A DNA stretch of 42,279 nucleotides from Hyphomicrobium sp. (GCA_043718455.1 JAYSVT010000237.1:1-42279); one strand, 5' to 3'; counted from the stretch's first letter, positions 16,792 to 27,749 are shown. Numbers and translations: made by a program. Notes: generated by a model not told the origin, from the letters alone.

Positions 16792-17385
16792 ATGACAGAG
16801 CCTGAAAGCAAAAAAGCAGAGCCGGCCGACGTAAAATTTGACCGTAAGCAGCTGGTCAAGCTACTCGTTGAGTTTGGTCCGCTGATCGTGCTTTTCATCG
16901 CCAATTCGCAACTCGGAATTTATTGGGCGACTGGTATTTTCATGGTGGCAACGATCGTGTCACTGGCCGTATCGCGCGTCGTTCTGGGCCGCATTCCTAT
17001 GATGCCGCTGGTGACGGCGCTGTTCGTCATGGTCTTTGGCGGACTGACAATCTGGCTTCAAGACGAACAGTTCATCAAGGTCAAGCCGACAATCGTCTAC
17101 TGCTTGTTCGCCGCGATTTTATTCGGTGGATTGCTGGCCGGCAAAACCTTCCTCAAGCTGGCGCTTGGCGAAGCCCTCCGTCTGACGGACGAAGGCTGGC
17201 GCAAGTTGACGGTCCGCTGGGGCGGTTTCTTTCTGTTTTTGGCCCTGCTGAACGAGATCGTCTGGCGCAATTTCTCCACCGACTTCTGGGTCGGCTTCAA
17301 AGTTTTTGGCGCGATACCGCTACTCATGATGTTTGCGGTAGCACAAGTCGGCCTCATGCAGCGCTACGAGCAACCCAGCGAGTAA
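16792..17385 (+). CDS. yciB: IspZ/YciB-family inner membrane protein, paralog 2 (canonical)
   Basis: EFGPL, FGGLT, FIKVKPT, LTDEGW, LNEIVWR and WVGFKVFG motifs. Confidence 0.9.
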   Translation: MTEPESKKAEPADVKFDRKQLVKLLVEFGPLIVLFIANSQLGIYWATGIFMVATIVSLAVSRVVLGRIPMMPLVTALFVMVFGGLTIWLQDEQFIKVKPTIVYCLFAAILFGGLLAGKTFLKLALGEALRLTDEGWRKLTVRWGGFFLFLALLNEIVWRNFSTDFWVGFKVFGAIPLLMMFAVAQVGLMQRYEQPSE

Positions 17386-17669
17386 ACGCCAATACACCTA
17401 TTCTCATAGAGCAGATTATCTTCACACAGGCGCTTTGGGGCGGCTTGCCTTGGAACAACAAAGTAAGAATTTGGTTACTAAAGTTGGAGTAAACGTCTAG
17501 ACGTTGTTCAAGAACTAGTGTTTCTTGTTAGGAATGTTGGTAACTCAAGGTTGTTTATGCCGCTTTTCATCCCGCTGAGACTGAATTTATCAGATGATGA
17601 ATATAACTCAGGTGAATCCGGCAACAATCTCTGTTACCACTGTAATTGGAACAAGACTTTCTTCTGAGG

Positions 17670-18149
17670 ATGAGAATGGCACGTGATCCCGCACCTAATC
17701 GACTAGAGCGCTCGCCTTTGCATCTGCTTCACCGGGCAGGACAATGCGCTGCGGAAGTTTTCCAGGCTGAACTTGGTGGCGGCGATCTTACGCCCCGGCA
17801 ATTTGCTGTTCTGGTGACTGTTTCGCAGAACGAAGGATTGAGCCAGACCCATTTGGTTGAACGGACCGGAATTGACCGGTCAACCTTAGCCGACATCGTC
17901 AGGCGGATGCTCAAGAAAGGCCTACTACAGCGCCGCCGCACCAAAGAGGATGCGCGCGCCTATGCCGTTAAGCTGACGGAAGAAGGCTGGCGGGTTCTGA
18001 AGTCGGCCGAGCCTCTATCGCGCAAAGTCGATGACAGAATACTCAGCGCGCTCCCGGCTGGGCAGCGCGACAAGTTATTGCAAGATCTGAATTCCATCGT
18101 TCAGGTCCTCGGCCGTATGCAGGCCAAAGAACCGACCGGTAAACGCTAA
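17670..18149 (+). CDS. MarR-family transcriptional regulator
   Basis: LTPRQFAVL, GLSQ, IDRSTLA and EDARAYAVKLT motifs. Start at 17670 or 17676. Confidence 0.92.
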   Translation: MRMARDPAPNRLERSPLHLLHRAGQCAAEVFQAELGGGDLTPRQFAVLVTVSQNEGLSQTHLVERTGIDRSTLADIVRRMLKKGLLQRRRTKEDARAYAVKLTEEGWRVLKSAEPLSRKVDDRILSALPAGQRDKLLQDLNSIVQVLGRMQAKEPTGKR

Positions 18150-18150
18150 T

Positions 18151-18180
18151 AAAAAAGAGGGTGCGGTTCTCCGCACCCTC
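18151..18180 (-). terminator. Terminator between convergent marR and asd
   Basis: GAGGGTGCGG-TTCT-CCGCACCCTC with an A-run on its left. Confidence 0.8.
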
Positions 18181-18224
18181 GAATTGCGTTCCGATCATCC
18201 AGTGGTACGGCTTGAGCCCGGACC

Positions 18225-19253
18225 TTAGGCAGCCTTCCGCAAGAGCTTGCGTTCAATCATCGCTTCGGCGATTTGCACAGCATTGAGCGCTGCGCCCTTC
18301 AGCAGATTGTCGGATACGATCCACATCGCCAGACCATTCTCAACGGTCGCGTCTTCGCGAATGCGAGAGACGAACGTTGCATACTCGCCGGCCGCTTCGA
18401 CTGGCGTAATGTAGCCGCCAGGTTCGCGCTTATCGATGACCTGAATGCCGGGCGCACGGCGCAGAATTTCACGCGCTTCTTCGGGTGAAATCGGCTTTGC
18501 GAACTCGATATTCAGGGATTCCGAGTGACCAACAAAAACCGGCACGCGCACGCACGTCGCCGTCACTTTGATCTTGGGATCGAGGATTTTCTTAGTCTCG
18601 ACCAGCATCTTCCATTCCTCTTTAGTGTAGCCGTCTTCCATGAAGACGTCGATTTGAGGAATGCAGTTGAAGGCAATCTGTTTTGGGAATTTTTTCGATT
18701 CGACCTCCTGGCCCGGAACATACTTGCCCTTGGTCTGGTGCCAGAGTTCGTCCATGGCTTCTTTGCCCGCACCTGAAACAGATTGATAGGTCGAGACCAC
18801 AACGCGTTTGATGGTGGCCGCATCGTGCAGCGGCTTCAGCGCCACGACCATTTGCGCGGTCGAGCAATTCGGATTGGCGATAATGTTCTTCTTCGTGAAG
18901 CCGGCGATGGCGTCGGCGTTCACTTCCGGCACGACCAGCGGCACGTCCTGGTCATAGCGCCAGTACGATGAGTTATCGATGACGACGGTGCCCTGCGCGC
19001 CAATTCTTGGCGACCAATCTTTTGACACACTGGAGCCGGCTGACATCAGGCAAATATCCGTGCCCTTGAAGTCGAAATTTTCGAGGTCCTGACACTTAAG
19101 TGTCTTGTCGCCGAAGGAGACTTCTGTGCCAAGCGAGCGGCGCGAGGCCAGGGCAACGAGTTCGCTGATGGGAAATTTGCGATCCGCCAGCACATTGAGC
19201 ATTTCCCGGCCGACGTTGCCCGTCGCGCCGACAATGGCGACTTTGTATCCCAT
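18225..19253 (-). CDS. asd: Aspartate-semialdehyde dehydrogenase
   Basis: GATGNVG, NPNCST, STYQSVSGAG and DNLLKGAALN motifs. Confidence 0.98.
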   Translation of the reverse strand: MGYKVAIVGATGNVGREMLNVLADRKFPISELVALASRRSLGTEVSFGDKTLKCQDLENFDFKGTDICLMSAGSSVSKDWSPRIGAQGTVVIDNSSYWRYDQDVPLVVPEVNADAIAGFTKKNIIANPNCSTAQMVVALKPLHDAATIKRVVVSTYQSVSGAGKEAMDELWHQTKGKYVPGQEVESKKFPKQIAFNCIPQIDVFMEDGYTKEEWKMLVETKKILDPKIKVTATCVRVPVFVGHSESLNIEFAKPISPEEAREILRRAPGIQVIDKREPGGYITPVEAAGEYATFVSRIREDATVENGLAMWIVSDNLLKGAALNAVQIAEAMIERKLLRKAA

Positions 19254-19452
19254 GAGGTGTAAATCCTAAACGGCTGCGCCGGGCGCCGTTCCGGGCCCAA
19301 GCAATTTCAAGTTTAAGCGGCAGACTTAGCGGCCAGGGGGGAGCGATTCAAGACTGTTTAAAGTCTCAGTCCAGCATCGCGGCGCGTTTCAGTCATATTC
19401 TTTTGATTGGCTCGGTTTTGGACGAAATCGGAGTTGGGCGAACGGCGGAGAG

Positions 19453-19929
19453 TTGCACATGGGCTTCCCAGCGGTCCAAAGCGGCAGGATCAAGTTGGCG
19501 GGCGCTGTGGCACTTGGTCTACTCGTCGCCATTGGCCCGTTGTCTAGACACGCCCTGGCCAAGGATTGGCTGACGGCGGCGGAGATCGAAACGGGTCTAG
19601 GCGGTAAAACCCTCGAAGGCATGTACGTCACAGGCCAGCGCTTTACCGAACGCTATTTGCCAGGTGGCCAGCTTGAGTACGTCGAGGGCGGCAACGTCAT
19701 GACCGGCCGCTGGTCGGTGACCCAAGGTACGCTTTGCACGATTTACGATGCCGATCCGGCAGGTGGATGCTATCGCGTGGCGCGCTCAGGCGGCAATTGT
19801 TACGAGTTCTATTTCGTCAGCCGCAGCGAAGAAGCCGCTCCCGGCCCACCGGGCGTTAAGCCCGATTGGACGGCTCGCGGCGCGGTGGATGGTCAAATCG
19901 ATGCCTGCAAGGAAGGCGCGCATGTTTAG
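19453..19929 (+). CDS. Exported hypothetical protein
   Basis: Signal-peptide-like N-terminus (..ALA-K) and a Cys-containing GRWSV..GTLC..Y...GGCYRV segment. Confidence 0.7.
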   Translation: MHMGFPAVQSGRIKLAGAVALGLLVAIGPLSRHALAKDWLTAAEIETGLGGKTLEGMYVTGQRFTERYLPGGQLEYVEGGNVMTGRWSVTQGTLCTIYDADPAGGCYRVARSGGNCYEFYFVSRSEEAAPGPPGVKPDWTARGAVDGQIDACKEGAHV

Positions 19930-21041
19930 GCGATGCGCGCAAGCTTTTGCTGATTGGAAACGCCGCCGAGTTCCCTGACGCGCGTTGCAAAAACCGTTTT
20001 CAGTGCGGCGTCGATTTCCATGACGTTATTTGTGACGATCTCGCCAATCGGATCGGGGAAGATATATTTGTCATAGCCATCGGCGCCTTCGATGTAGTCG
20101 AACAGGCGGCCTTTGCGTTCTCGGTCGTAGTAGACGGTTAGACGGCCGACGTAATCGGTGTAGCGCACGTTTTCGATAGCCTCGAATTGCGTGTTGTCGT
20201 CAACGAGGAACGCCAAGCGGCGGCGCAAATAGTTGAAGAGCTGAAGCTGGTTTTCCGTCGTCGCTATGCGCTGGCCGATTTGATGCATCGTCACCGGCCC
20301 CGAGCGGCTTTCTCCATTCGGCTGGCTCTTCAAGCGTTCGACAACGGGAAGCACCAAACTCTCTTCAAATGCCGCCTTGATCATGGGTGCGTAATACCGG
20401 TCGATGGCGGATTTGCGCACGTTTTCGATACCTATGCGCTCAAGAGCAAAGCGGCAGAATGCTTCCGAAGGGCCTTTCGACTCATCGACAAATACGGTGC
20501 GGAGGCGGCGTTTGACGAGTTGCACGTGAGCTGCTTCGGCAATCGTTTCAGGGTCGTAGTGGCCTTTAACCGCTGCCATCAGTGTTTCAAGTATTTCGTC
20601 GGTGACGCCAGCACGAGCAATCGTTTCGAGGTCGACGGTCAGGAAGGGCGAACTGTCGAGAACGCCGCTTTCGCTCGAATCGACATGAAACTGGAACAGC
20701 GTGCCGTTCGTCAGGATCGCGAGTTTCGTTTCAGCAACCGCTTTGAAATAGCGCGCCAAGCGGGTGTGGCCGTCTGCCAAATCTTGACCGGCTGATTGAA
20801 CGTTGACAGCTATGACAGGGATGCCGTCGCGCAGAATCGCGAAATCGGTATTGCAGTCGGGGCTGACCGAATGTTTGGGGTAGACTTCGTAAGGGTTGGC
20901 GTAGTCGTAGCCGAGCAGCCCAAGGAACGGCAACACCAGATAAAGCTTGGTGCTTTCTTCGTTTGTGCAGGCGGTCATCAGGCTGACCGATCGCTTTGCA
21001 ACCGCAAGCAGCCCTGCGCGTAGTTCGTTCGCTGTCGTCAT
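19926..21041 (-). CDS. HsdR_N-like (type I restriction N-terminal) domain protein with a degenerate active site
   Basis: NEESTK...LPFL..LGYD..NP.EV, DFAI, RYF, AILTNG and PFL motifs. The expected E-x-K is replaced by NVQ. Confidence 0.75.
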   Translation of the reverse strand: MTTANELRAGLLAVAKRSVSLMTACTNEESTKLYLVLPFLGLLGYDYANPYEVYPKHSVSPDCNTDFAILRDGIPVIAVNVQSAGQDLADGHTRLARYFKAVAETKLAILTNGTLFQFHVDSSESGVLDSSPFLTVDLETIARAGVTDEILETLMAAVKGHYDPETIAEAAHVQLVKRRLRTVFVDESKGPSEAFCRFALERIGIENVRKSAIDRYYAPMIKAAFEESLVLPVVERLKSQPNGESRSGPVTMHQIGQRIATTENQLQLFNYLRRRLAFLVDDNTQFEAIENVRYTDYVGRLTVYYDRERKGRLFDYIEGADGYDKYIFPDPIGEIVTNNVMEIDAALKTVFATRVRELGGVSNQQKLARIA

Positions 21042-21254
21042 GGTCTGTCTAAGTGCCCCCGCACCGGGCCGCGCTTGCATTGTCGCAAAGCGGCGCCCAA
21101 TTCCCCGAATCAGTTAAGCAATTGTCTCACGCCCGGGCCACGGCGCGAAGAGGTTGATTTGTCAACTCTTTCTTAACTGTTGTAAGGACTTCGTCAGCCC
21201 AGCAGGCGGGCTTAACTTGGCCGGATGGGGGTATTCCAAAGATTGAGTTGGGAA

Positions 21255-21593
21255 TTAGATCGGCTCAATGATCAGTATTGCTGAGCCAGCCTCGCCTTCG
21301 AATTGAGCTATCGACTCCAAATTCCGGCGCAACAAGTCTTCGATTTTGTCCGTAGAACAGTTTCCAATTCGAAGCCAAACAACCTTTGGTGGAGCACCGA
21401 GCAGAAAGCTCATTTGGTGATAATCGCCATCTTTGGTCACAATCACTGACCCATTGCGTTTGGCATATTCCCACACGTCTTGGTCACTTGCGCGTTCCAG
21501 CCCCGCAGCAACCACATGTTTGGATTCCGGAAAAACATCTTTCAGGCGCGTGCATAAACTACGGGACAGATTTTCATCGAACAGAAGCCTCAC
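21255..21593 (-). CDS. DUF5615 PIN-like toxin (VapC45-like)
   Basis: LLFDENLS, ASDQDVW, IVTKDGDY and PPKVVWLRIGN motifs. Confidence 0.9.
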   Translation of the reverse strand: MRLLFDENLSRSLCTRLKDVFPESKHVVAAGLERASDQDVWEYAKRNGSVIVTKDGDYHQMSFLLGAPPKVVWLRIGNCSTDKIEDLLRRNLESIAQFEGEAGSAILIIEPI

Positions 21594-21817
21594 GCGCCAA
21601 TTCCGCCTACCAATCGCCTTTCACGGTCGGCGGCGAAGGCCAGACAGGCGCGGATATCGTCACGCGACAATTCCGGAAAATCGCGCAGAATATCATCCTC
21701 GCTCATACCGCCCGCAAGGTAGTCGAGCACGTCATAGACCGTGATTCTGAGGCCGCGAATGCAGGGTTTGCCGCTGCGCTTGCCCGGATCGATGGTTATG
21801 ATTTGCGAGTAATCCAT
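21590..21817 (-). CDS. DUF433 antitoxin (VapB45-like)
   Basis: DPGKRSGKPCIRGLRITV and DFPELSRDDIRACLAFAA motifs; 4-bp overlap with the toxin. Confidence 0.92.
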   Translation of the reverse strand: MDYSQIITIDPGKRSGKPCIRGLRITVYDVLDYLAGGMSEDDILRDFPELSRDDIRACLAFAADRERRLVGGIGA

Positions 21818-21897
21818 TTGGGCAGTGTTCCGCCAAATGTGTGTTCGGTCAAGTCCCGACTGGTGAACAACCTTTTCCTGCCATCGTGGGCCTCGCG

Positions 21898-23013
21898 CTA
21901 CGCCGTCAACGCCTTGAGCTCCGCCTCAATCGCTCTGCCCATCTCAGTCGTTCCAACCTGTTTCATGCCGCTCTGCATGATGTCGCCAGTCCTAAGGCCC
22001 TTTTCCAAAACGCGGGCGATGGCGCTGTCGATCAGGTCGGCATCCTTCGGCATGTCGCAGGAATAGCGCAGTGCCATCGCAAACGATGCGATCGTTGCAA
22101 TCGGGTTGGCGAGACCCTTGCCGGAGATGTCGGGCGCAGAACCGTGCACGGGCTCATAGAGTGCTTTGCGCTTGCCGGTTTTCGAATCCGAACTCCCAAG
22201 CGATGCCGACGGCAACATGCCGAGCGATCCCGTCATCATCGCCGCTTCGTCCGAAAGGATGTCGCCAAACAGATTGTCCGTGACGATGACGTCGAACTGC
22301 TTCGGGTTGCGGATGAGTTGCATAGCGCAGTTGTCCGCGAGAATATGTTCCAGCGTCACGTCAGGCGCGTAGGACTTGTGAACTTCGGTGACCACCTGGT
22401 TCCACAGCACGCCGGTTTTCATGACGTTGCGCTTCTCGGCCGAATGCACCTTGTTGCCGCGTTTGCGGGCGAGGTCGAAAGCGACCTTGGCAATGCGCTC
22501 AATCTCACGCGAGGTATAAAGCTGGGTGTCAACCGCCCGGCGCTCACCGTTCTCAAGCGTCACAATTTCCTTTGGCTCGCCGAAATAGACGCCGCCCGTC
22601 AATTCGCGCACGATCATGATGTCGAGACCCTCGACCAGTTCGCGCTTCAGGCTGGAAGCGTCCGCGAGTGCCGGATAGCAAATGGCGGGTCGAAGATTGG
22701 CGAAGAGATCCAGATCCTTGCGCAACCGCAGCAAGCCCGCCTCGGGACGGTGCTGATAGGGCACCTTGTCCCACTTCGGCCCGCCCACCGCGCCGAAAAT
22801 GACCGCGTCTGCCTTAAAAGCTTTGGCCATGGCTGCGTCTGTAATGGCGACTCCGTGCGCGTCATAGGCCGACCCGCCAACCAAATCGCGATCAAGGACA
22901 AATTTTGCCGTATTGCTTTTGGCATTGAAAAACGCGATCAGGCGCTCGACTTCCGCCATGGTTTCGATGCCAATACCGTCACCGGGGAGCAGGAGCAGGG
23001 AATGCGTGGCCAT
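21898..23013 (-). CDS. leuB: 3-isopropylmalate dehydrogenase
   Basis: [30 protein letters not shown] and [10 protein letters not shown] motifs. True start MATHSL at 23013. Confidence 0.98.
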   Translation of the reverse strand: MATHSLLLLPGDGIGIETMAEVERLIAFFNAKSNTAKFVLDRDLVGGSAYDAHGVAITDAAMAKAFKADAVIFGAVGGPKWDKVPYQHRPEAGLLRLRKDLDLFANLRPAICYPALADASSLKRELVEGLDIMIVRELTGGVYFGEPKEIVTLENGERRAVDTQLYTSREIERIAKVAFDLARKRGNKVHSAEKRNVMKTGVLWNQVVTEVHKSYAPDVTLEHILADNCAMQLIRNPKQFDVIVTDNLFGDILSDEAAMMTGSLGMLPSASLGSSDSKTGKRKALYEPVHGSAPDISGKGLANPIATIASFAMALRYSCDMPKDADLIDSAIARVLEKGLRTGDIMQSGMKQVGTTEMGRAIEAELKALTA

Positions 23014-23127
23014 TGGAGTCCTTCGATCGATTGTGAGGGCAAGTTGCGGCGCGGTAGTGCTAGCCTCTTGCGCGGGGCCCGGCAAGCGAGGCGGGCTGTT
23101 CGATGTCACTTTGGCGCAGAGGGCAGC

Positions 23128-24147
23128 ATGAGCTGGTTGAAACGATGGGTCACGGCCGGCATGGCGGCGCTGGTTGGCGCAACCGCTGTGGCCAGCCAAG
23201 AACCGATTGAGCTGTCCTTGCCGCTCGCCTGCGAGCCGCACAAGACTTGTTTTATTCAGAGTTATGTCGATCTCGATCCAGGCCCCGGCGCGCGCGATTA
23301 CGCTTGTGGCGGTGCAACCTACGAAAAACATAACGGGATCGATTTTCGTCTCCTTTCGGCAGACGCAGCCAAGCAAGGGTTCGCAGTAATCGCGTCCGCC
23401 GATGGCAAGGTCAAAGCAACCCGGGATGGCGTGCAAGACATCTTTCTGCGCGAAGGCAAGCCTGATGACGTGAAAAGCCGCGAGTGCGGAAACGGCGTCG
23501 TCATCGACCACGGAAATGGATGGGAGACGCAGTATTGCCACATGATGCAGGGCTCGGTCACTGTCACCAAGAGCCAAGCCGTCAAGCGCGGCGAAAAACT
23601 TGGCAATGTCGGGTTTTCCGGCATGGCAGATTTTGCGCATGTGCACTTCACGGTGCGGTTGAACGGCGAGGTTGTCGATCCCTTCCTGCCGGATGCCAAG
23701 GACGGCGCCTGTCAACGCGACACCAAATCGGCAGGGCTTTGGCAACCCGCTGCGATCGCGCCGTTTGCTTACCGGAATGGCGAAATCATCATGACCGGGT
23801 TCACGGGCGGCGCGCCAAATCTCAACGCTCTGGAAAAGGCCCACACGGTCGTCGATCCCCTTGATGCCGAGAGCCCGGCGTTGTTATTCTACGCGCGGTT
23901 TATCAATCTTCTCGCTGGAGACAGAATCCGCATCGTCGTCGATGGGCCGGGCGGGACGCTGGTCGAACAACTCTCCGAACCGCTTGAGAAAAACAAAGCA
24001 ACCTACATTTCATACGCAGGGAAGAAGCGGCGCGAAGTTCCCTGGCAGCAAGGCCGATATGAGGCGCGTGCAGAGATCGTGCGCGACGGCGGGGTTATTG
24101 CTGCGGCGGTTGGACAGCACGAAATGGAACCGGTCAAAACACCTTAA
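23128..24147 (+). CDS. M23-family metallopeptidase, exported
   Basis: Signal peptide; HNGID (HxxxD), [13 protein letters not shown] and HVHF (HxH) motifs. Confidence 0.9.
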   Translation: MSWLKRWVTAGMAALVGATAVASQEPIELSLPLACEPHKTCFIQSYVDLDPGPGARDYACGGATYEKHNGIDFRLLSADAAKQGFAVIASADGKVKATRDGVQDIFLREGKPDDVKSRECGNGVVIDHGNGWETQYCHMMQGSVTVTKSQAVKRGEKLGNVGFSGMADFAHVHFTVRLNGEVVDPFLPDAKDGACQRDTKSAGLWQPAAIAPFAYRNGEIIMTGFTGGAPNLNALEKAHTVVDPLDAESPALLFYARFINLLAGDRIRIVVDGPGGTLVEQLSEPLEKNKATYISYAGKKRREVPWQQGRYEARAEIVRDGGVIAAAVGQHEMEPVKTP

Positions 24148-24734
24148 AACGGTAGCGGGAACGCCAGCGTAAATCCGCCAGCCGCCGATATCGTGCCGAG
24201 CACGCCGAGGATGAAACTCAGAACGAGCAGCGCGTTGCCGCCGGCGATAATGGCAATGGAGGCCAGCACAATGGCAATTTGCAGAAGTGCTTGCCCGTAG
24301 TCGAAATAGGGTCCTCGCTTCAGCGCTTCGTCGCGCTCGGCTTCGAGTGCTTTGCCCTTGACGAAAAGTTCGTCGAGCCCTTCTTTTTTCTCTGGATCGG
24401 CCGTCAGTTTTTCTGCTTGAGCGCGATAGCCAGATATTTTTTCCGAGATCATAGTGCGCGCGGCGTCCGGCACGTTGGGATTGGAAGCGAGTACTATATC
24501 GAGATCGTCGGCTTGGAGACGCAATCCCTGACGGCGGATATTCTTGGCTTGGAAGAAGCCCCAAAGATTAGAGGCTTCGATGTTCTTGAACATGGCAGTG
24601 CTGGATGCGTTGCCGCCGCCGACGTTGCAGATGGCCAGGATGACGGCAAGAATGCCGATGTAGACGCCAATCAGTTTGTCGCGATCTCTTGAGTTCTCTT
24701 TTTGCGCATCGCGGGTGAGTGCGTCCCAGGCCAT
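24144..24734 (-). CDS. DUF4337-family membrane protein
   Basis: ASNLWGFFQAKNIR and LQIAIVLAS motifs; three hydrophobic helices. Confidence 0.8.
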   Translation of the reverse strand: MAWDALTRDAQKENSRDRDKLIGVYIGILAVILAICNVGGGNASSTAMFKNIEASNLWGFFQAKNIRRQGLRLQADDLDIVLASNPNVPDAARTMISEKISGYRAQAEKLTADPEKKEGLDELFVKGKALEAERDEALKRGPYFDYGQALLQIAIVLASIAIIAGGNALLVLSFILGVLGTISAAGGFTLAFPLPF

Positions 24735-24760
24735 TCAAAAACTCCGGTAATAAAAATTTC

Positions 24761-25435
24761 TCAAACAATCCGGTCGACGGGAGGGGCGGCGGCTGAGCGC
24801 GGCGGCAAAAGATCCTTGCGATCGATGGAGCGGCCGTCAGCACCGAGGCGATAGACGATGGGAGCGCCGGTCTGGAGTTCGCGCTGCAGGATTTGATCGC
24901 CCGACAGACCTTCCAAGACCATAATGAGCGCGCGTAGCGAATTGCCGTGCGCGGCGACGATCACGTTCTTGCCCTTGACGATCTCGGGCCAGATCGCCGT
25001 ATCGTAATACGGCCTGACGCGCGCCAGCGTATCCTTGAGACTTTCCCCGCCCGGCGGCGGCACGTCGAACGAGCGGCGCCAGAGCAAGACCTGCTTCTCG
25101 CCCCACTTGGCTTTGGCTTCATCCTTATTGAGGCCTGACAGTTCGCCGTAATCGCGTTCGTTCAAGGCCAGATCGCGCGTGATGGGCACAGAGGACTGAT
25201 TGAGTTCGGAGAGCATGATATCGAGCGTGTGCTGGGCGCGTTTTAGCCCGCTCGTAAAGGCATGATCGAACTTGATGCCTTCATGTTTGATCAGGCGGCC
25301 GGCCACGCGCGCTTCGATCAAACCTTTTTCGGTGAGATCGGGGTTCTTCCAGCCCGTGAATAGGTTCAAGCGATTCCATTCGCTCTCGCCGTGTCGAACA
25401 AGTACCAGAACATTATCTGTGAGAGCGTCTGTCAT
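24761..25435 (-). CDS. gpmA: 2,3-BPG-dependent phosphoglycerate mutase
   Basis: [21 protein letters not shown] and AHGNSLR motifs. Confidence 0.96.
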   Translation of the reverse strand: MTDALTDNVLVLVRHGESEWNRLNLFTGWKNPDLTEKGLIEARVAGRLIKHEGIKFDHAFTSGLKRAQHTLDIMLSELNQSSVPITRDLALNERDYGELSGLNKDEAKAKWGEKQVLLWRRSFDVPPPGGESLKDTLARVRPYYDTAIWPEIVKGKNVIVAAHGNSLRALIMVLEGLSGDQILQRELQTGAPIVYRLGADGRSIDRKDLLPPRSAAAPPVDRIV

Positions 25436-25494
25436 CTCGAAGCCGAACCACTGCTTTCGTTGATTTGCACGTGTTGCTATCTCGTACCCGGCCG

Positions 25495-26292
25495 TCAGAT
25501 ACCCAACACGTCCGCCATTGAATAGAGGCCCGGACCGCGGCCCTTTCCCCAAAGGGCAGCCTTAACCGCGCCGCGCGCGAAAATTCCCCGGTCTGCGGCT
25601 AGGTGCGTCAGTTCGATGCGCTCGCCGTTACCGGCAAATATAACCGTGTGGTCGCCGACGACGCTGCCGCCGCGCAGCGTGGCAAAGCCTATGTCGCCAT
25701 CGCGGCGCACACCCGTATGGCCGTCGCGCGCACGAACGGATTTGTCCGCGAGTTTGACGCCACGGCCGTCAGCTGCTGCTTCACCGAGCATCAGAGCCGT
25801 GCCGGAAGGGGCATCGACCTTGAGCTTGTGGTGCATTTCGACGATCTCGATATCGAAGTCTTCGCCCAATGCGGCGGCGACCTTGCGCGTCAACGCGGCG
25901 ATCAAGTTGACACCCAAGCTCATGTTGCCGGCCTTGATGATGGTCGCGCCGGACGCCGCAGATTTGATCGCGGCTTCGGTCGTCGCGTCGAAACCCGTCG
26001 TGCCGATGACGTGGATTTTTCCGTGTTTGGCCGCGAACGCCGCAAAGACGGCAGTTGCCTTGGGGCTGGTGAAATCGAGAATTGCGTCGGCGTCGGCAAT
26101 CACGGCGGCGGCGTCATCGCTGACCTTGGTGCCGAGGGGCTCCAATCCGGCAAGCGTTCCAATATCTCCGCCACAGAGCGCCGAACCTGGGACTTCGGTT
26201 GCGCCCGAGACGGCGCAGCCGGGTGTCGCCGCAATGGCGCGGACCAATTCCCGGCCCATGCGTCCAGCGGCGCCCATGACTGCAATCTTCAT
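25495..26292 (-). CDS. dapB: 4-hydroxy-tetrahydrodipicolinate reductase
   Basis: GAAGRMG, IGTTG and [15 protein letters not shown] motifs. Confidence 0.98.
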   Translation of the reverse strand: MKIAVMGAAGRMGRELVRAIAATPGCAVSGATEVPGSALCGGDIGTLAGLEPLGTKVSDDAAAVIADADAILDFTSPKATAVFAAFAAKHGKIHVIGTTGFDATTEAAIKSAASGATIIKAGNMSLGVNLIAALTRKVAAALGEDFDIEIVEMHHKLKVDAPSGTALMLGEAAADGRGVKLADKSVRARDGHTGVRRDGDIGFATLRGGSVVGDHTVIFAGNGERIELTHLAADRGIFARGAVKAALWGKGRGPGLYSMADVLGI

Positions 26293-26435
26293 ATGACGGC
26301 GCTCTTCATAGCGGCTCCCGTTCAACAGGCGGTCACAAAGCGTTCGCGGGGTATAGCAACCGCCCCAGGGGAGCGGAAGTAGCGCGGCGGCGATTTCCGG
26401 GCGTGGTGAACAGTCCTTTGACGATCCCTTGACGA

Positions 26436-26969
26436 TCAGATGGGTTTTGCACCGCGTTGGAGCGCGTCCCGGATAAGCTTTTTCGCTTCATCCACGTGGC
26501 CCCAGTGGTCGATCTTGACCCATTTGCCGGGCTCCAGGTCCTTGTAGTGTGAGAAGAAGTGTTCGATCTGATCAAGCAAGATTTGCGGCAGATCGGTGTA
26601 GGTTTTGACGTTGTCATAGCGCTTCGTGAGCTTTGAACTTGGAACCGCGATGATCTTCTCGTCGCCGCCGCCGTCATCTTCCATCACCATAACGCCCACT
26701 GGACGGCAATTGATAACGCCGCCCGGAACGATCGCACGCGTATTGCAGACGAGCACGTCAATAGGGTCGCCATCTGCCGATAACGTGTGCGGCACAAACC
26801 CGTAGTTCCCCGGGTATCTCATAGGCGTGTAGAGGAAGCGATCGACAAACAGCGCGCCTGACGCCTTGTCCATCTCGTATTTGATGGGTTCGCCGCCGAC
26901 CGGCACTTCGATAATGACGTTGATGTCGTCGGGCGGGTTGGTGCCGGTCTTGATGGCGTCAATGCGCAT
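26436..26969 (-). CDS. ppa: Inorganic pyrophosphatase
   Basis: IKYE, YPGNYGF, DGDPIDV and FFSHYKDLE motifs. Confidence 0.98.
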   Translation of the reverse strand: MRIDAIKTGTNPPDDINVIIEVPVGGEPIKYEMDKASGALFVDRFLYTPMRYPGNYGFVPHTLSADGDPIDVLVCNTRAIVPGGVINCRPVGVMVMEDDGGGDEKIIAVPSSKLTKRYDNVKTYTDLPQILLDQIEHFFSHYKDLEPGKWVKIDHWGHVDEAKKLIRDALQRGAKPI

Positions 26970-27072
26970 GGCTTCAATCCTATCGTCCTGCGGGGGTAGG
27001 GGTCACGAATTCACACAAGAGTTCGAGTTGCAGCAATGCGGCTTAAGTGCTTTTCGCGATGCAGGTATGTGA

Positions 27073-27582
27073 CTAGTGCCAGCCGAAGGCGATCTTGCCG
27101 AGTTTCGCGGCGCCGAAGTTTTCGGTCATGCGTGCAATCGGCCGGCCGCCACGCCGGTAATAAAAATCGGCGGCAATGACGTTATCTTCGAGGGCCCAAA
27201 CGACAAGACCTTCGAGATCGCGGCGGTCGAGTTCACTGCGGCAGGCTTCAAAGAGATGTTCGCCCAATCCAAGTCCCTGAAACAGCGGCGCCAGATAGAT
27301 TTCGTAAATCTCACCCTTGTAAGGGCCCTGGCGGCGTGCCGCTCCGAAATTGGCGTAACCGGCAATCTGACCAGCAGCTTCGACCACCAAGAGATGCGCT
27401 TCTGTCTTGATGGCTTTGCTCCAGCTGGCTTTGCCGCGTCGCTGGATGAGGCATTCGAGGTGCTGATGGGGGATGATTCCGCAATAAGCAAGGCGCCACG
27501 ATTCGGCGAATATTTCGGCAAGCCTTTCGCTGTCCGATTGCTTGGCACGACGCACAACGGCTTTGGTCCCTGCTCCGATCAT
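27073..27582 (-). CDS. GNAT-family acetyltransferase
   Basis: EIYEIYL.P.FQGLGLG and N..A..FY...GG motifs. Confidence 0.9.
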   Translation of the reverse strand: MIGAGTKAVVRRAKQSDSERLAEIFAESWRLAYCGIIPHQHLECLIQRRGKASWSKAIKTEAHLLVVEAAGQIAGYANFGAARRQGPYKGEIYEIYLAPLFQGLGLGEHLFEACRSELDRRDLEGLVVWALEDNVIAADFYYRRGGRPIARMTENFGAAKLGKIAFGWH

Positions 27583-27635
27583 GGCGCCACTATAGCGCCC
27601 CTTGTGGCGATGTCAGGAACATATGAAGTCTTGGC

Positions 27636-27674
27636 AAAAATAAAGACGCGCCCGTGGTTACCCGCGGGCGCGTC
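27636..27674 (-). terminator. Terminator downstream of the phasin gene
   Basis: GACGCGCCCG...CGGGCGCGTC stem with an A-run on its left. Confidence 0.65.
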
Positions 27675-27749
27675 AAGCGTTTTAAGCAATTTTCTGGTTC
27701 GCGAGCTGTAACTCAGCGCGACCTGACCAAGATGGGCTGAGGCCCAGTC

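Noticed and set aside
17390-17670. AT-rich intergenic region before marR as a possible sRNA
   Set aside because: No convincing stem-terminator or known motif; most simply a promoter region.
21841-24147. 768-aa plus-strand and 648-aa minus-strand ORFs suggesting fused or overlapping genes
   Set aside because: These are open antisense frames extending the divergent leuB (start 23013) and M23 peptidase (start 23128) genes.
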